Assembly: GCA_951406725.2 (NCBI GenBank)
Contig: OX597826.1
Coordinates: 248,001-312,000, forward strand
Length of the DNA: 64,000 nt
Direction: 5' to 3'
Source: Octopus vulgaris
Lineage: Eukaryota
The notes under the pieces are model-generated. The model was not told the DNA's origin, did no database searches, and saw only the letters and a list, made by a program, of their open reading frames with translations. Both the position numbers and the translations under genes were made by a program. Of the stretch, positions 40,759 through 55,524 are shown one piece after another (position 1 is the stretch's first letter; each line of letters begins with the position of its first letter).

Positions 40759-40858
40759 NNNNNNNNNNNNNNNNNNNNNNNNNNNNNNNNNNNNNNNNNN
40801 NNNNNNNNNNNNNNNNNNNNNNNNNNNNNNNNNNNNNNNNNNNNNNNNNNNNNNNNNN
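40759..40858. other. Assembly gap (100 N)
   Basis: Run of n. Confidence 0.99.
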
Positions 40859-41097
40859 AGAGAGGCTGGTATGCATGGGCGACTGCTGGTCTTTGCATAA
40901 ACAACCTTGCCCGGACTTGTGTCTAGGAGGGTAACTTTCTAGGTGCAATCCCATGGTCATTCATGACCGAAGGGGTCTTTACCCCTTACATATATTATTA
41001 ATAAGAATCTGGTTTAACTTTGTGCAACTTAACATTTCGAAAGTTCGTTTTACGACCTACGAAACATCGTTACATGGAGTCAAATCCAGTTGTTTTT

Positions 41098-41167
<70 letters not shown>

Positions 41168-42271
41168 TACATACACACACACATAGTAGCTGCTTTCTCG
41201 TAAACGAGCAAAGCCATTGCTAGAAAGAATCATTGAAATGAGTCATTGATGATGCAATGTTTGAGGCCTCGAATGACTCTTGACTCCGGCTAAAGATTTA
41301 CATTCTGTTGCATAATGCACCACTGTGGTGGCTCAGACAGTTCCACAGTAGAATTCTTTTGATATGCTTTTTCTTAATCCTCCAACTGAAACACACACCT
41401 TTCCATGGGTTGCACGTGTTCTGTATATACACATATATACATACGAATATATTTGTCACTTTTACTATACACTCAGTTCACCAACAATTAAGACTTGAAA
41501 GCAGGCCAAAGCAGAAACTCATCAGAAACTGTACTGATTTAACTCTGTTACTGTGGGATGCATTGGAAAGCACATATCTATAACTGAGGACGAGGTATCG
41601 GGTTTAAATTCCATAATGATGTCATCATGCACACAAAATGAGAACGACAAACAAACAAAACTTAACGTTTAGAGAATATTTATATTAGCATAAATCCATA
41701 AATATCTCGGAACCGGATAGTTGATAGAGTTTCCTTTGATCGTGGTGCTAAATTAACAACGAGTAATTAACAGCTAATTAACAGTAATTAACACACACAC
41801 AAGCACACGCACACATATATATATAGATATATGTGCACAAAATAACGAAACACCTAGCATCATCTATATATATAAAACTGTGTGTCTGTCTGTGAATCCC
41901 TAAACTTGAGAACTACACAACCAGATATATATTAAATTTTACACATGCCTTACTTAGGGTCCATGTAGTGTCATGGGCAAAAAATGTTTTAACTTCTTAC
42001 CTAGGACGTACCCACAGCAATATCATATCTTCTCCACTATTTCAGTATTACGAGTCAAAGATGAAACAAAAACATCTCTCTATTGTAATGTCAAATGCTT
42101 TCACTTTAATAGTGGCTTCGAACTGAGAAATGAACATCCTTCTTATATGTATATTATATAATTTTTCTGAAACTTCAGACTTTTCAATATGCTCATCCAC
42201 TGGTTTTAAATTGGTATTAATCATATTAATATTAAACTTTTCACCCTTATTATTCTTAAATATAGCCAATT

Positions 42272-42308
<37 letters not shown>

Positions 42309-42550
42309 TAACAATAAAGGAGTGAAATTAATTAATTTGGAATAATTATCAATTACACCAAGTAGATTTCAGCATGTAAAAGCCCCATTCGAGGAAAATT
42401 TAAGTAATACTAAGTAATTAAGGGTTTAGCAACGAATTGCCTCACCAACACACCGAATTTAGAAATAGCAGTCAAAGAGATATAGCTATTCCTTCTACTA
42501 AAAGGGGGATCTCAGTAAAAACACAGCACTTGAAAGGCAAACACAGACAG
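40859..42550 (+). repeat. Direct duplicate of ~28445-30121 (left arm of the second palindrome)
   Basis: Colinear match from the 3' half of SINE B through ggcaaacacagacag. Confidence 0.88.
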
Positions 42551-42730
42551 TAAATGACCACAGCATTTTGTCTTGGCTACACGCGGGTGGAAGGGGCTGG
42601 TGACACAAACTTTCATTCACACTTTGAATTTCGTGGTACTGGTCATGCTTTGGCTCGCTCTGACACTGAGTTGAGATAATGCCTTCTAGTATCTCAAAAT
42701 TTAATATACAATTATTCATAATTGTAGTAT

Positions 42731-42822
42731 CCTGCGCCGATGAGAAAAGAAGTTTGGGTAAGGTAGAATTTTCTAATTCTTATGCTTTCCTAAAACTTGA
42801 TTTCGAAACGTACGTCCGTAGG
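42731..42822 (+). ncRNA. Type I hammerhead ribozyme, U4C core variant
   Basis: CCTGCG-CCGATGA-GAAA...TTTC-GAAA-CGTACG-TC^CGTAGG. Confidence 0.75.
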
Positions 42823-43115
42823 TAACTTAAAATTGTATGATAGATTGCCGTCATTTCATTCTTTCTTTCTTACCTGTCTGTGTTTGCCTTTCAAGTGCTG
42901 TGTTTTTACTGAGATCCCCCTTTTAGTAGAAGGAATAGCTATATCTCTTTGACTGCTATTTCTAAATTCGGTGTGTTGGTGAGGCAATTCGTTGCTAAAC
43001 CCTTAATTACTTAGTATTACTTAAATTTTCCTCGAATGGGGCTTTTACATGCCGAAATCTACTTGGTGTAATTGATAATTATTCCAAATTAATTAATTTC
43101 ACCCTTTTATTGTTA

Positions 43116-43167
<52 letters not shown>

Positions 43168-44284
43168 AATTTATATTTAAAATAATAAGGGTGAAAAGTT
43201 TAATATTAATATGATTAATATCAATTTAAAACCAGTGGTGGAGCATATTGAAAAGTCTGAAGTTTCAGAAAAATTATATAACATACATATAAGAAGGATG
43301 TTCACTTTCAGTTCAAGCCACTATTAAAGTGAAAGCATTTGACATTACAATAGAGAGATGTTTTTGTTTCACTTTTGACTCGTAATACTGAAATAGTGGA
43401 GAAGATATGATATTGCTGTGGGTTCGCCCTAGGCAAGAAGTTAAAACATTTTTTGCCCATGACACTACATGGACCCTAAGTAAGGCATGTGTATAAAATT
43501 TGAATGAAATTGGTTGTGTAGTTCTCAAGTTTTAGGGATTCACACAGACAGACACACAGTTTTATATATATAGATGATGCTAGGTGTTTCCGTTATTTTG
43601 TGCACATATATCTATATATATATGTGTGCGTGTGCTTGTGTGTGTGTTTAATTACTGTTAATTAGCTGTTAATTACTCGTTGTTAATTTAGCACCACGAT
43701 CAAAGGAAACTCTATCAACTAACCGGTTCCGAGATATTTATATTTATGCTAATATAAATATTCTCTAAACGTTAAGTTTTGTTTGTTTGTCGTTCTCATT
43801 TTGTGTGCATGATGACATCATTATGGAATTTAAACCCGATACCTCGTCCTCAGTTATAGATATGTGCTTTCCATGCATCCCACAGTAACAGAGTTAAATC
43901 AGTACAGTTTCTGATGAGTTTCTGCTTTGGCCTGCTTTCAAGTCTTAATTGTTGGTGATTGGACGAGTGTATAGTAACGAAGTGACAAATATATTCGTAT
44001 GTATATATGTGTATATACAGAACACGTGCAACCTATGGAAAGGTGTGTGTTTCAGTTGGAGGATTGAAAAAGCATATCAAAAGAATTCTACTGTGGAACC
44101 TGCTCCCTCTGCCAGCCACCACAGTGGTGCATTATGCAACAGAATGTGCAAATCTTTAGCCGGAGTCAAGAGTCATTCAAGGGCCTCACATTGCATCATC
44201 AATGACTCATTTCAATGATTCTTTCTAGCAATGGCTTTGCTCGTTTACGAGAAAGCAGCTACTATGTGTGTGTGTGTGTATGTA

Positions 44285-44355
<71 letters not shown>

Positions 44356-45115
44356 TTAAAAACAACTGGATTTGACTCCATGTAACGATGTTTCGTAGGC
44401 TCGTAAAACGAACTTTCGAAATGTTAAGTTGCACAAAGTTAAACCAGATTCTTATTAATAATATATGTAAGGGGTAAAGACCCCCTTCGGTCATGAATGA
44501 CCATGGGATTGCACCTAGAAAGTTACCCTCCTAGACACAAGTCCGGGCAAGGTTGTTTATGGAAGACCAGCAGTCGCCCATGCATACCAGCTTCCCCTCT
44601 CCACGCCACCAGTGTTATCCAAGGGAAAGACAAAGGTCGATACAGCTTGGCACCAGTGACGTCGCAACTCATTTCTACAGCTGAGTGAACTGGAGCAACG
44701 TGAAATAAAGTGCCTTGCTCAAGAACACAACACGCAGCCCGGTCCGGGATTCGAGCTCACAACCTCACGATCGTAAGCTCGTCGCTCTAACCACTGAGCC
44801 ATGCGCCTTCAATAATATATGTATATTCTACCAATTGTGATGAGTGACACATTTTTCGACTATCCACTCATACACACACACACACATACACAAAAAGAAA
44901 ACGCACAATTATTTATAGTAGCACCAACACCTAAAAGACACTATTCATTCAGCTTCAAGATTTCTTCAGTAAATAACAGACTTTGAAGAAACTCCATCCA
45001 CAGTAACACCAAAATATGCACGTCACAGTTTACAGTTGATGTCCTTGAAATGCGCGTAGGTCCATGAAAGAATGGTGCAAATAACTCTTCTATAAAATTA
45101 TAGATGTATAAAATA

Positions 45116-45185
<70 letters not shown>

Positions 45186-45679
45186 CAGTTCGTTTTGCAA
45201 GATTCCTGATGTGAAATCTTATGTTGAAACAGATATTGTTATATTATGGGATTGTCATTTGTTTTTGCCAAATAAACACACGCACTGTATATTTTTCTTC
45301 ACTCGTTTATTACTTTTCTTATTTTAATATTTTAACTCATGTCCATTGTCCGGAAATCTTTCGTCACATATCTGTGACCTCTTCAGCGAAACCTTTCGTT
45401 TTCGTATGTGTTCTTGTTCTACTTACTCCATTCTTTTCTTGTAGGATGTGTATCCTTATGTGCACATGCGTTTGTGTCACTGTTTGTTTATGCGCGTGTG
45501 TGTGGGGGGATATGTATGTGTGTGTGTCATAGTTTTTAGCAGCAGTGTGCCTTCCCCTCAGTTCTATCCTCTCACCCCATTGTGCTGCTGCTATCCTAAG
45601 ATCCGAAAAAATCCCTCATCTGCAATACCTATCCCTTTGGTAAGTACCCCTTACGGAGTAGACTTGTGCTGTATGTAGG

Positions 45680-45880
45680 ATGAATCCACAGGTTAACTGT
45701 AAGGTTAGGGATGTAGTGTATAGCTTACGATGTACTGAAGGGCGGTGCAGAAACATGACAATTATCTACATTGGAGAGACTGCACGCAGCACAGGAGAGC
45801 GTATAGGTGATCATTGGCGAGAGCTCAAAGAAGGGAAAGCTCGTCAATGCTCTACCAACATGCTCAGGCAAAGCATGTAG
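45680..45880 (+). pseudogene. Penelope-like GIY-YIG endonuclease fragment (mirror of 27233)
   Basis: VVYSLRC...YIGETARSTGERIGDH. Confidence 0.85.
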
Positions 45881-46569
45881 GCTCGATTAATAGCAGGGGT
45901 TAAAGTACTATCGAAACAAAGAACTGACACAACACTTAGATTACAGAGGCTACACACATAACAGTAGAGAGACCGGGCCTCAATAGAAAGCACGAAGGGA
46001 GCAGAATATCCACCACCACATCACACCACATGACTAAAGACAGTAGGGATGAGAAGAGAGAGGGAGAAAAAACAAAAAAGCGTAAATAATACACAGAAAC
46101 AGGGTAATACACACACAATATACATATATTCACTTACCTGTGATACTTATGCGAAATAGAAATAGATGTATAAAAAACAATAATAAATAAATAACTATAT
46201 AGACAAATAAATGAATATATATATAGACAAATAGATAAATATATAAATATATCTGTCGCATAACTGTGATAAATATAAAGCATAAAGATATATAAAATAA
46301 GTAAATAAAACTATACGAAGGGAATGGATACATACAACATACGAAGCGAACCTATGCACACACACATAAACGCAAACACATGAAATTTCATGGACGGCCA
46401 TAACAATGTCAACAACACAACTAATAACGTCAGCAGCAGCGGCGGTGCCAACGATGCAATAGCAACAACAACTACCACGATGGCAACACCGTGAGTGAAC
46501 ACACATTCACAGAGGAATACAAGAACTGTATCTCTTTTTCTCGGATCTTAGGACAGCAGCAGCTCAATG

Positions 46570-47190
46570 TCAAATTAAAAGGAATATTTATTTTGATGTG
46601 TGTCGAGTGGCATGAGCTAAAAAGGAGATATTGTTTCGAGTCCGTTGGTTTATGATAGATGTCAGTTATAATTTGGTTGTTGACATTTTTTATCATAACA
46701 TCCAAAAATGGGAGCTGTTCTCTGTTATATTCCATTGCTAATTAAATGTTATGGTTTATATCATTTAGTATGGATTTGAATTCCTGAAGTTTATCAATGG
46801 TCTCCTTCCAAATGATAAAACAGTCATCCAGGTATCTTTTCCAGTTTTCTCTTATATAATGGTGAAATGGATAACCATAATTCTGCAATGACACTTCGTA
46901 TATGGGGAATTCAAAATATCCCATTATTAGGTTCGCAAGAACAGGGGCTGCTTTCGTTTCCATCGCAATTCCACATTTTTGACGATAGTAGGTGTCATCA
47001 AATAGGAAATAATTGTGCTGAAGATTAAATTTGAAAGATCCAATAATAAAGATCTGATTTATGTGTTCCAAAAGTACTTCGGTATACTTTTCCAACCAGA
47101 ATTTGATTGCTTTTCTTCCGTAGTCATGTGGGATGTTGGTGTAAAGATTGATAGCATATATCCTGAATAGGACTATGCTACAACTTTTTA
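46570..47190 (-). pseudogene. Penelope-like RT fragment (mirror of 25935)
   Basis: ORFs 46742..47557 and 46472..46735 contain NLYTNIPH, GIAMET, RYLDD and LPFLDV. Confidence 0.88.
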
Positions 47191-48194
47191 ACTCCAGGAA
47201 AGTATCTTTTCCAGCTGGTTTATTGACACATGATCTGTGTCCTAGACACAGAAGGGAGCTGTGAACCCCCTTGCTTACAGTATATCTAGAACAAAGATCA
47301 TGTGTCGATAAATCAACCGGAAAGGATGTTTGCCTGGGGTCAAAAAGAAGTAATATAATCCTATCCAGTATTGTTACTACATCGTTCTCAGTCAGAGATT
47401 TAAAACTATATATATATATATGATATAAATAATATATAAATATATGCATATATACATATATGTACATACCTGCATATACATGTATATATGCGTGGATATA
47501 TGGGTACAGGACATCAAAAAACGTGGAACACAATGAGAAACGAAAACATAAAAACAAAAAATAGAAACGAACTTTTTTTCAAAGAACGAAAAAAACAGAG
47601 TATAAGACACAACACAAGGAATATTCCCCTTCTTCAATTGTCCCTGTTTCTTCTCTCCCTCTCTTTCTCCCCTCTTTCTATTTCTCTCTCTCACTCTCTC
47701 TCCCGTTGCTCACACGTGACCATCGTCCATATTCCTTTTCCTCACGTGACCATCTTCTTTTCCCTGCACTGACGTTTAAACGAGCGAACGTGTTTCTCTC
47801 TCTCTCTCTCTTTTCTGTCTTCTCTCTTTTAAAAAAATACGTTTCTCCCGGCGTTCACTATTTTCATCTCGTTCTGGTCTAACGACCCTCCATGTTTTTT
47901 CTTGTTCGGTTTCTTTGTATGTCTCCACTGTCATTTTTTGTTCCCAACTTTTGACCCTCCATAAATCCTAAATTTTATTTTAGAATTTATAGGAGCATAA
48001 ATTATTATCGTTGAATGCTTGAAACAACGATGAGTAGATAGACAGCTGACAACTGATGAAGTGTCCTTTCTTTTTGTTAACTTGTCCTGTTTGCCATTCT
48101 TTTCGTTCTTTACGAATTTCACTCGTTTTACTCTCGTTTGTTTACGTATGTCATTTTATTTGCACCGTTGGTGACGTGCTGCACCCATATATGC

Positions 48195-48240
<46 letters not shown>

Positions 48241-49098
48241 AATATGTACTTAGATATAAGACCAAAAAGGGTACGGGCGTCGCTATGTATATATGTATAT
48301 ATAAAAAAATACAAACTGGGACAAGAACGCAAAACATTTAGAAGACGATACAAAAAACACGGACGGGACATTCGAAGCCTTCAAGCTTCAGTCAAGAACC
48401 GGATCATCCTCGCAATTTCGGCTGATTAATCTTGAGATTGCTCCGACCTGGCCAGCCCCAAAGGAAAATATAAGCCAAGCGCATTAGATTCCTTGGAAAA
48501 AAGCCTCGAATATATACAAAACAAGGACGGGAAAATGGACGATGTTACACGAATAAGAATACAAAAATACGTAAAAACAATAATGATAATAATAATAATA
48601 ACAAAGACAGGAAGTCACAGACAGGCGTCTTTTCGACAGGACGAGTAAACTTTTGAGCTGGCGCATTAGAAAAATGCCTTGGGGCAAAGAGAGAAAACAT
48701 GTGTCTTGCCGCGACGGCTGCTAACCATGAAAAGGCCGGCAGTCGGTCAGTTAGTCACGTTTGAGGAGAAGAGTGAGGAAAAGAGGGACAGATGAAGAGA
48801 CAAAAAAGGGGAACAAGGAACAAAGGAGGAGGAGAAGAGAGGGAGAGAGAGAGAGAGAGAGAGAGAAAAAGACAGATCAAAGTGGAGTGCAAAGTGTGAA
48901 AAGCAGAGAAATGTAGGGGAGGGGGGAGAGAGAGACAGTGTTATAGAGTCGTACCAAGTTTAAAGAAATATGTACTTACATATAAGACCAAAAAGGGAAG
49001 AAAAATGGAACAAGAACGCGCTGCCGCGTATAGAACTCCCGATCGTAAGATCGTGAATTCAATAGTCTAACCACTAAGCCTGGCACCTCGCGCGTACG

Positions 49099-49140
<42 letters not shown>

Positions 49141-49806
49141 TACAATCACATATATGCAGGTACAAATACATGCAAACACACAAGCACGTACACACAAATA
49201 TACAATCACATACATACAAGTACGCAAACACACACACACACACACACTCATTTATATATCGCTGGTATGCACCATTATTAATTGCACCGTGATTTTCTAG
49301 AGACAGATGGCGGTGACAAGAAAGTGTTGGTTTTCTGTTGACTAATAGCACCGTTTTGTATATGAAACAAAGAATTTTTTTTTTAAATGGAGGCAGGAAG
49401 CTTTCGAACTGAAAATGTGAACATGTGGCACAGAAGTGGCTGTGTGGTAAGTAGCTTGCTTACCAACCACATGGTTCCTGGTTCAGTCCCATTGTGTGGC
49501 ACCTTGGGCAAGAGTCTTCCACTATAGCCTCGGGCCGACCAAAGCCTTGTGAGTGGATTTGGTAGACGGAAACTGAAAGAAGCCTGTCGTATATGTGTGT
49601 GTGTGTGTGTGTGTGTCTGTGTTTGACCCTCCAACATCGCTTGACAACTGATGGTGGTGTGTTTACGTCCCCGTAACTTAGCGGTTCGGGAAAAGAGATA
49701 GAATAAGTACTAGGCTTACAAAGAATAAGTCCTGGGGTTGATTTGCTCGACTAAAGACGGTGCTCCAGCATGGCTGCAGTCAAATGACTGAAACAAGTAA
49801 AAGAGT

Positions 49807-49845
<39 letters not shown>

Positions 49846-50314
49846 CGAGCGTGTGATTGTATGTCTGCCTGCGTGATACATAAGTCATAGATTGTATAGT
49901 TATTAAAGTTATGTACATAAGGTGAGTGAGCGTCCACGTAATGAGGTCATTATATTAAAGTTAATGTACTCAGGTGGAACAATAAGTGTAGACACAATAA
50001 CATCTGCACATTGCAATCTAGAATACCTGATGTCACCTAATATCCATTGTCATCATTATCACCACCACGCCCTCTACCGACGTCATTGCCATTGTGCTAA
50101 TGCTAGCGTCACCACCACCGCTGCCTGCAACCACTTCGCCACCACATCTATCATTGCTCCCGGCTCCGCATATCAATGACGTCGGTAGAGGGCGTGGTGG
50201 TGATAATGATGACAATGGATATTAGGTGACATCAGGTATTCTAGATTTCAATGTGCAGATGTTATTTAGAACTTGCTATTGATCCATACTCCTTTGACTG
50301 CGTCACATATTTAC

Positions 50315-50374
<60 letters not shown>

Positions 50375-50377
<3 letters not shown>

Positions 50378-50973
50378 TAGTTTTATTTTTATTTTTATAG
50401 CGTGCTTTCACTTCACTACCGAGCGCAGCTCTGTGTGCCTTGGGTATGTGCTGTGATTTGTTGTGATGTTCTGATGGTTATTGTATGGAAAGTGTTCTGC
50501 GTAAGATGTGTGCAGTGCCTAGTAGTGCAATTTTCTGTATGTTATATGTGTTTGTAAGTCCTGGTGTTTTTGTTATGTATTTGTCTGAATATTTTTTTAT
50601 CATGCCTAATGCACCTACTATGATAGGAATTGTTTCTGTTTTCAGATTCCACATTCTAGTTACCTCTATTTCCAGGTCTTTGTATTTTGAGTTTCTCCAT
50701 TTCTTTTAGAGACACGTTGTCATCTGCCGGTACTGATACATCAATTAGAAAGCATTTTTTTCTTCATGGTCTCTGACAACTATATCTGGTCTGTTGGCCT
50801 TAATTTCTCTATCTGTGTGTATCGGCATATCCCAGAGTATGGTTGCTTTCTCGTTTTCTGTGACCTTTTCTGGTGTGTGCCTATACCATCTTTTTTCTGT
50901 TGTTATTCCATAATGTTGGCATAGCTTCCAGTGTATGTAAGTTCCAACTCTGTCGTGTCTGTGAATATATTCC
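50375..50973 (-). mobile_element. Dong/R4 lineage A 3' fragment (mirror of 22171)
   Basis: Reverse complement of 22171-22773, between (TAA)n tracts. Confidence 0.88.
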
Positions 50974-51046
<73 letters not shown>

Positions 51047-51621
51047 TATGTTTGACTTTATATAAAGAATCTTTATATAAAGAATCTTGAAAACCAAATC
51101 AAAAAGCGAAATATATATTTATATATATATATATATTGGTAAAAAACGGTAAGATAACAAAAGAAAGAAAGAGACCTCAATATTATGTAAATAGAGGAAA
51201 TTTATCTGTAAAATAATGTGACAATTATTCAATAGCCAAGATAAAACTCTGAGTTTCGGATGCCGAGGTGGAAATCCACAACACCATCTCTTCGGTTATC
51301 TGGCCATCTGAAAAACGCTATGATTTGGTTTGCAAGATTCTTTATATGAGTTCGTGTGTTGAAGCATATTCTGTTGTGTCTGGGGAGAGTCATTTTCTTT
51401 TTGTGCCTTATTATTTAACACACTCACCGGTAAAATTTCCACTTATTTCTTATTTTTATTTTCCTAAAATCTTCGTTGCGTGTTGCAACCTTTTTTCATA
51501 GCGTTTTTCAGATGGCCAGATAACCGAAGAGAGGGTGTTGTGAATTTCCACCTCGGCCTCCGAAACTCAGAGTTTTATCTTGGCTATTGAATAATTGTCA
51601 CATATTATTTTACAGATATAC

Positions 51622-51692
<71 letters not shown>

Positions 51693-51699
<7 letters not shown>

Positions 51700-53591
51700 A
51701 AGAAAAATAAGTTGGCTAGCAGCGAGCTGTTTCGCCTCATACCGAAGGAATTAGAAATGGCAGTCAAAGACCGTTTTTTCCATTTCTATAAGTGGAGATT
51801 CCAAAAACGAAGGCCCTATTAACGGTAAGTGACTGAATTCGTATATTTGCCACTCCGGTTTTGTGTATGTGAGCCGCAAGGGCCTTCGTTTTTGGAATCT
51901 CCACTTATAGAAATGGAAAAAACGGTCTTTGACTGCCATTTCTAATTCCTTCGGTATGAGGCGAAACAGCTCGCTGCTAGCCAACTTATTTTTCTTTACT
52001 ATATACTGAACCTTACAAAGGTCTTGACAATTATTTTGTCGTATTTACATACCGAAATTTACCGGTAAATAATTGTTGGTTACATGAAAAACCACAGGAA
52101 AATTATTTACCATTTTTATTGTATTACCATGTGGATTCCTCATTCCATTACGATTACCCAGAAGGCGCGCATGGCAGAATTTTGGAGGGAAAATTTACGT
52201 TCCCAGTCGTTACTTGGTTTTAGCATCTGCGCACTTCCCCCCACTATCTGATGTCGCTGGGTCAGAAGTGAGGGCTGGTGGCATTTGATAAAGCTAACGA
52301 ATATAGCGCTGAAGAAGGAATTCAAACTCCCCTTTTTTTATATGTTTGTGATCCAGAAACACCGTGTTCGCTATTAACGGTAAGTGACTGAATTCGTATA
52401 TTTGCCACTCCGGTTTTGTGTATGTGAGCCGCAAGGGCCTTCGTTTTTGGAATCTCCACTTATAAAAATGGAAAAAACGGTCTTTGACTGCCATTTCTAA
52501 TTCCTTCGGTATGAGGCGAAACAGCTCGCTGCTAGCCAACTTATTTTTCTTTACTATATACTGAACCTTACAAAGGTCTTGACAATTATTTTGTCGTATT
52601 TACATACCGAAATTTACCGGTAAATAATTGTTGGTTACATGAAAAACCACAGGAAAATTATTTACCATTTTTATTGTATTACCATGTGGATTCCTCATTC
52701 CATTACGATTACCCAGAAGGCGCGCATGGCAGAATTTTGGAGGGAAAATTTACGTTCCCAGTCGTTACTTGGTTTTAGCATCTGCGCACTTCCCCCCACT
52801 ATCTGATGTCGCTGGGTCAGAAGTGAGGGCTGGTGGCATTTGATAAAGCTAACGAATATAGCGCTGAAGAAGGAATTCAAACTCCCTTTTTTTATATGTT
52901 TGTGATCCAGAAACACCGTGTTCGCTATTAACGGTAAGTGACTGAATTCGTATATTTGCCACTCCGGTTTTGTGTATGTGAGCCGCAAGGGCCTTCGCTT
53001 TTTGGAATCTCCACTTATAGAAATGGAAAAAACGGTCTTTGACTGCCATTTCTAATTCCTTCGGTATGAGGCGAAACAGCTCGCTGCTAGCCAACTTATT
53101 TTTCTTTACTATATACTGAACCTTACAAAGGTCTTGACAATTATTTTGTCGTATTTACATACCGAAATTTACCGGTAAATAATTGTTGGTTACATGAAAA
53201 ACCACAGGAAAATTATTTACCATTTTTATTGTATTACCATGTGGATTCCTCATTCCATTACGATTACCCAGAAGGCGCGCATGGCAGAATTTTGGAGGGA
53301 AAATTTACGTTCCCAGTCGTTACTTGGTTTTAGCATCTGCGCACTTCCCCCCACTATCTGATGTCGCTGGGTCAGAAGTGAGGGCTGGTGGCATTTGATA
53401 AAGCTAACGAATATAGCGCTGAAGAAGGAATTCAAACTCCCCTTTTTTTATATGTTTGTGATCCAGAAACACCGTGTTCGCTATTAACGGTAAGTGACTG
53501 AATTCGTATATTTGCCACTCCGGTTTTGTGTATGTGAGCCGCAAGGGCCTTCGTTTTTGGAATCTCCACTTATAGAAATGGAAAAAACGGT
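51693..53591 (+). mobile_element. 555-bp hammerhead unit array (~3.2 copies) with leading inverted stub
   Basis: Stub 51693-51816; hammerheads at 52303-52374, 52858-52928 and 53413-53484, spaced 555 bp. Confidence 0.9.
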
Positions 53592-54234
53592 CCAAAGGAA
53601 AATATAAGCCAAGCGCATTAGATTCCTTGGAAAAAAGCCTCGAATATATACAAAACAAGGACGGGAAAATGGACGATGTTACACGAATAAGAATACAAAA
53701 ATACGTAAAAACAATAATGATAATAATAATAATAACAAAGACAGGAAGTCACAGACAGGCGTCTTTTCGACAGGACGAGTAAACTTTTGAGCTGGCGCAT
53801 TAGAAAAATGCCTTGGGGCAAAGAGAGAAAAACATGTGTCTTGCCGCGACGGCTGCTAACCATGAAAAGGCCGGCAGTCGGTCAGTTAGTCACGTTTGAG
53901 GAGAAGAGTGAGGAAAAGAGGGACAGATGAAGAGACAAAAAAGGGGAACAAGGAACAAAGGAGGAGGAGAAGAGAGGGAGAGAGAGAGAGAGAGAGAGAG
54001 AAAGAGACAGATCAAAGTGGAGTGCAAAGTGTGAAAAGCAGAGAAATGTAGGGGAGGGGGGAGAGAGAGACAGTGTTATAGAGTCGTACCAAGTTTAAAG
54101 AAATATGTACTTACATATAAGACCAAAAAGGGAAGAAAAAATGGAACAAGAACGCGCTGCCGCGTATAGAACTCCCGATCGTAAGATCGTGAATTCAATA
54201 GCCTAACCACTAAGCCTGGCACCTCACGCGTACG

Positions 54235-54276
<42 letters not shown>

Positions 54277-54726
54277 TACAATCACATATATGCAGGTACA
54301 AATACATGCAAACACACAAGCACGTACACACAAATATACAATCACATACATACAAGTACGCAAACACACACACACACACACACACTCATTTATATATCGC
54401 TGGTATGCACCATTATTAATTGCACCGTGATTTTCTAGAGACAGATGGCGGTGACAAGAAAGTGTTGGTTTTCTGTTGACTAATAGCACCGTTTTGTATA
54501 TGAAACAAAGAATTTTTTTTTTAAATGGAGGCAGGAAGCTTTCGAACTGAAAATGTGAACATGTGGCACAGAAGTGGCTGTGTGGTAAGTAGCTTGCTTA
54601 CCAACCACATGGTTCCTGGTTCAGTCCCATTGTGTGGCACCTTGGGCAAGAGTCTTCCACTATAGCCTCGGGCCGACCAAAGCCTTGTGAGTGGATTTGG
54701 TAGACGGAAACTGAAAGAAGCCTGTC

Positions 54727-54758
<32 letters not shown>

Positions 54759-54948
54759 CTGTGTTTGACCCTCCAACATCGCTTGACAACTGATGGTGGT
54801 GTGTTTACGTCCCCGTAACTTAGCGGTTCGGGAAAAGAGATAGAATAAGTACTAGGCTTACAAAGAATAAGTCCTGGGGTTGATTTGCTCGACTAAAGAC
54901 GGTGCTCCAGCATGGCTGCAGTCAAATGACTGAAACAAGTAAAAGAGT

Positions 54949-54991
<43 letters not shown>

Positions 54992-55460
54992 CGAGCGTGT
55001 GATTGTATGTCTGCCTGCGTGATACATAAGTCATAGATTGTATAGTTATTAAAGTTATGTACATAAGGTGAGTGAGCGTCCACGTAATGAGGTCATTATA
55101 TTAAAGTTAATGTACTCAGGTGGAACAATAAGTGTAGACACAATAACATCTGCACATTGCAATCTAGAATACCTGATGTCACCTAATATCCATTGTCATC
55201 ATTATCACCACCACGCCCTCTACCGACGTCATTGCCATTGTGCTAATGCTAGCGTCACCACCACCGCTGCCTGCAACCACTTCGCCACCACATCTATCAT
55301 TGCTCCCGGCTCCGCATATCAATGACGTCGGTAGAGGGCGTGGTGGTGATAATGATGACAATGGATATTAGGTGACATCAGGTATTCTAGATTTCAATGT
55401 GCAGATGTTATTTAGAACTTGCTATTGATCCATACTCCTTTGACTGCGTCACATATTTAC

Positions 55461-55522
<62 letters not shown>
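53592..55522 (-). repeat. Further inverted copy of ~22790-24669 (includes SINE A 54566-54950)
   Basis: Matches 48459-50350 directly. Confidence 0.9.

Positions 55523-55523
<1 letters not shown>

Positions 55524-55524
<1 letters not shown>

Larger units (their letters stand above)
42874..53591 (-). repeat. ~10.7-kb inverted duplication of ~19540-30121
   Basis: All elements recur in reverse order with near-identity: SINE B 44469-44810, GIY-YIG 45680-45880, PLE RT 46570-47190, SINE A 49427-49808, Dong fragment 50375-50973. Confidence 0.92.

Noticed and set aside
46742-47557. 271-aa ORF as an intact gene
   Set aside because: The N-terminal half is microsatellite and non-coding read-through; only the C-terminal part is a degenerate Penelope RT
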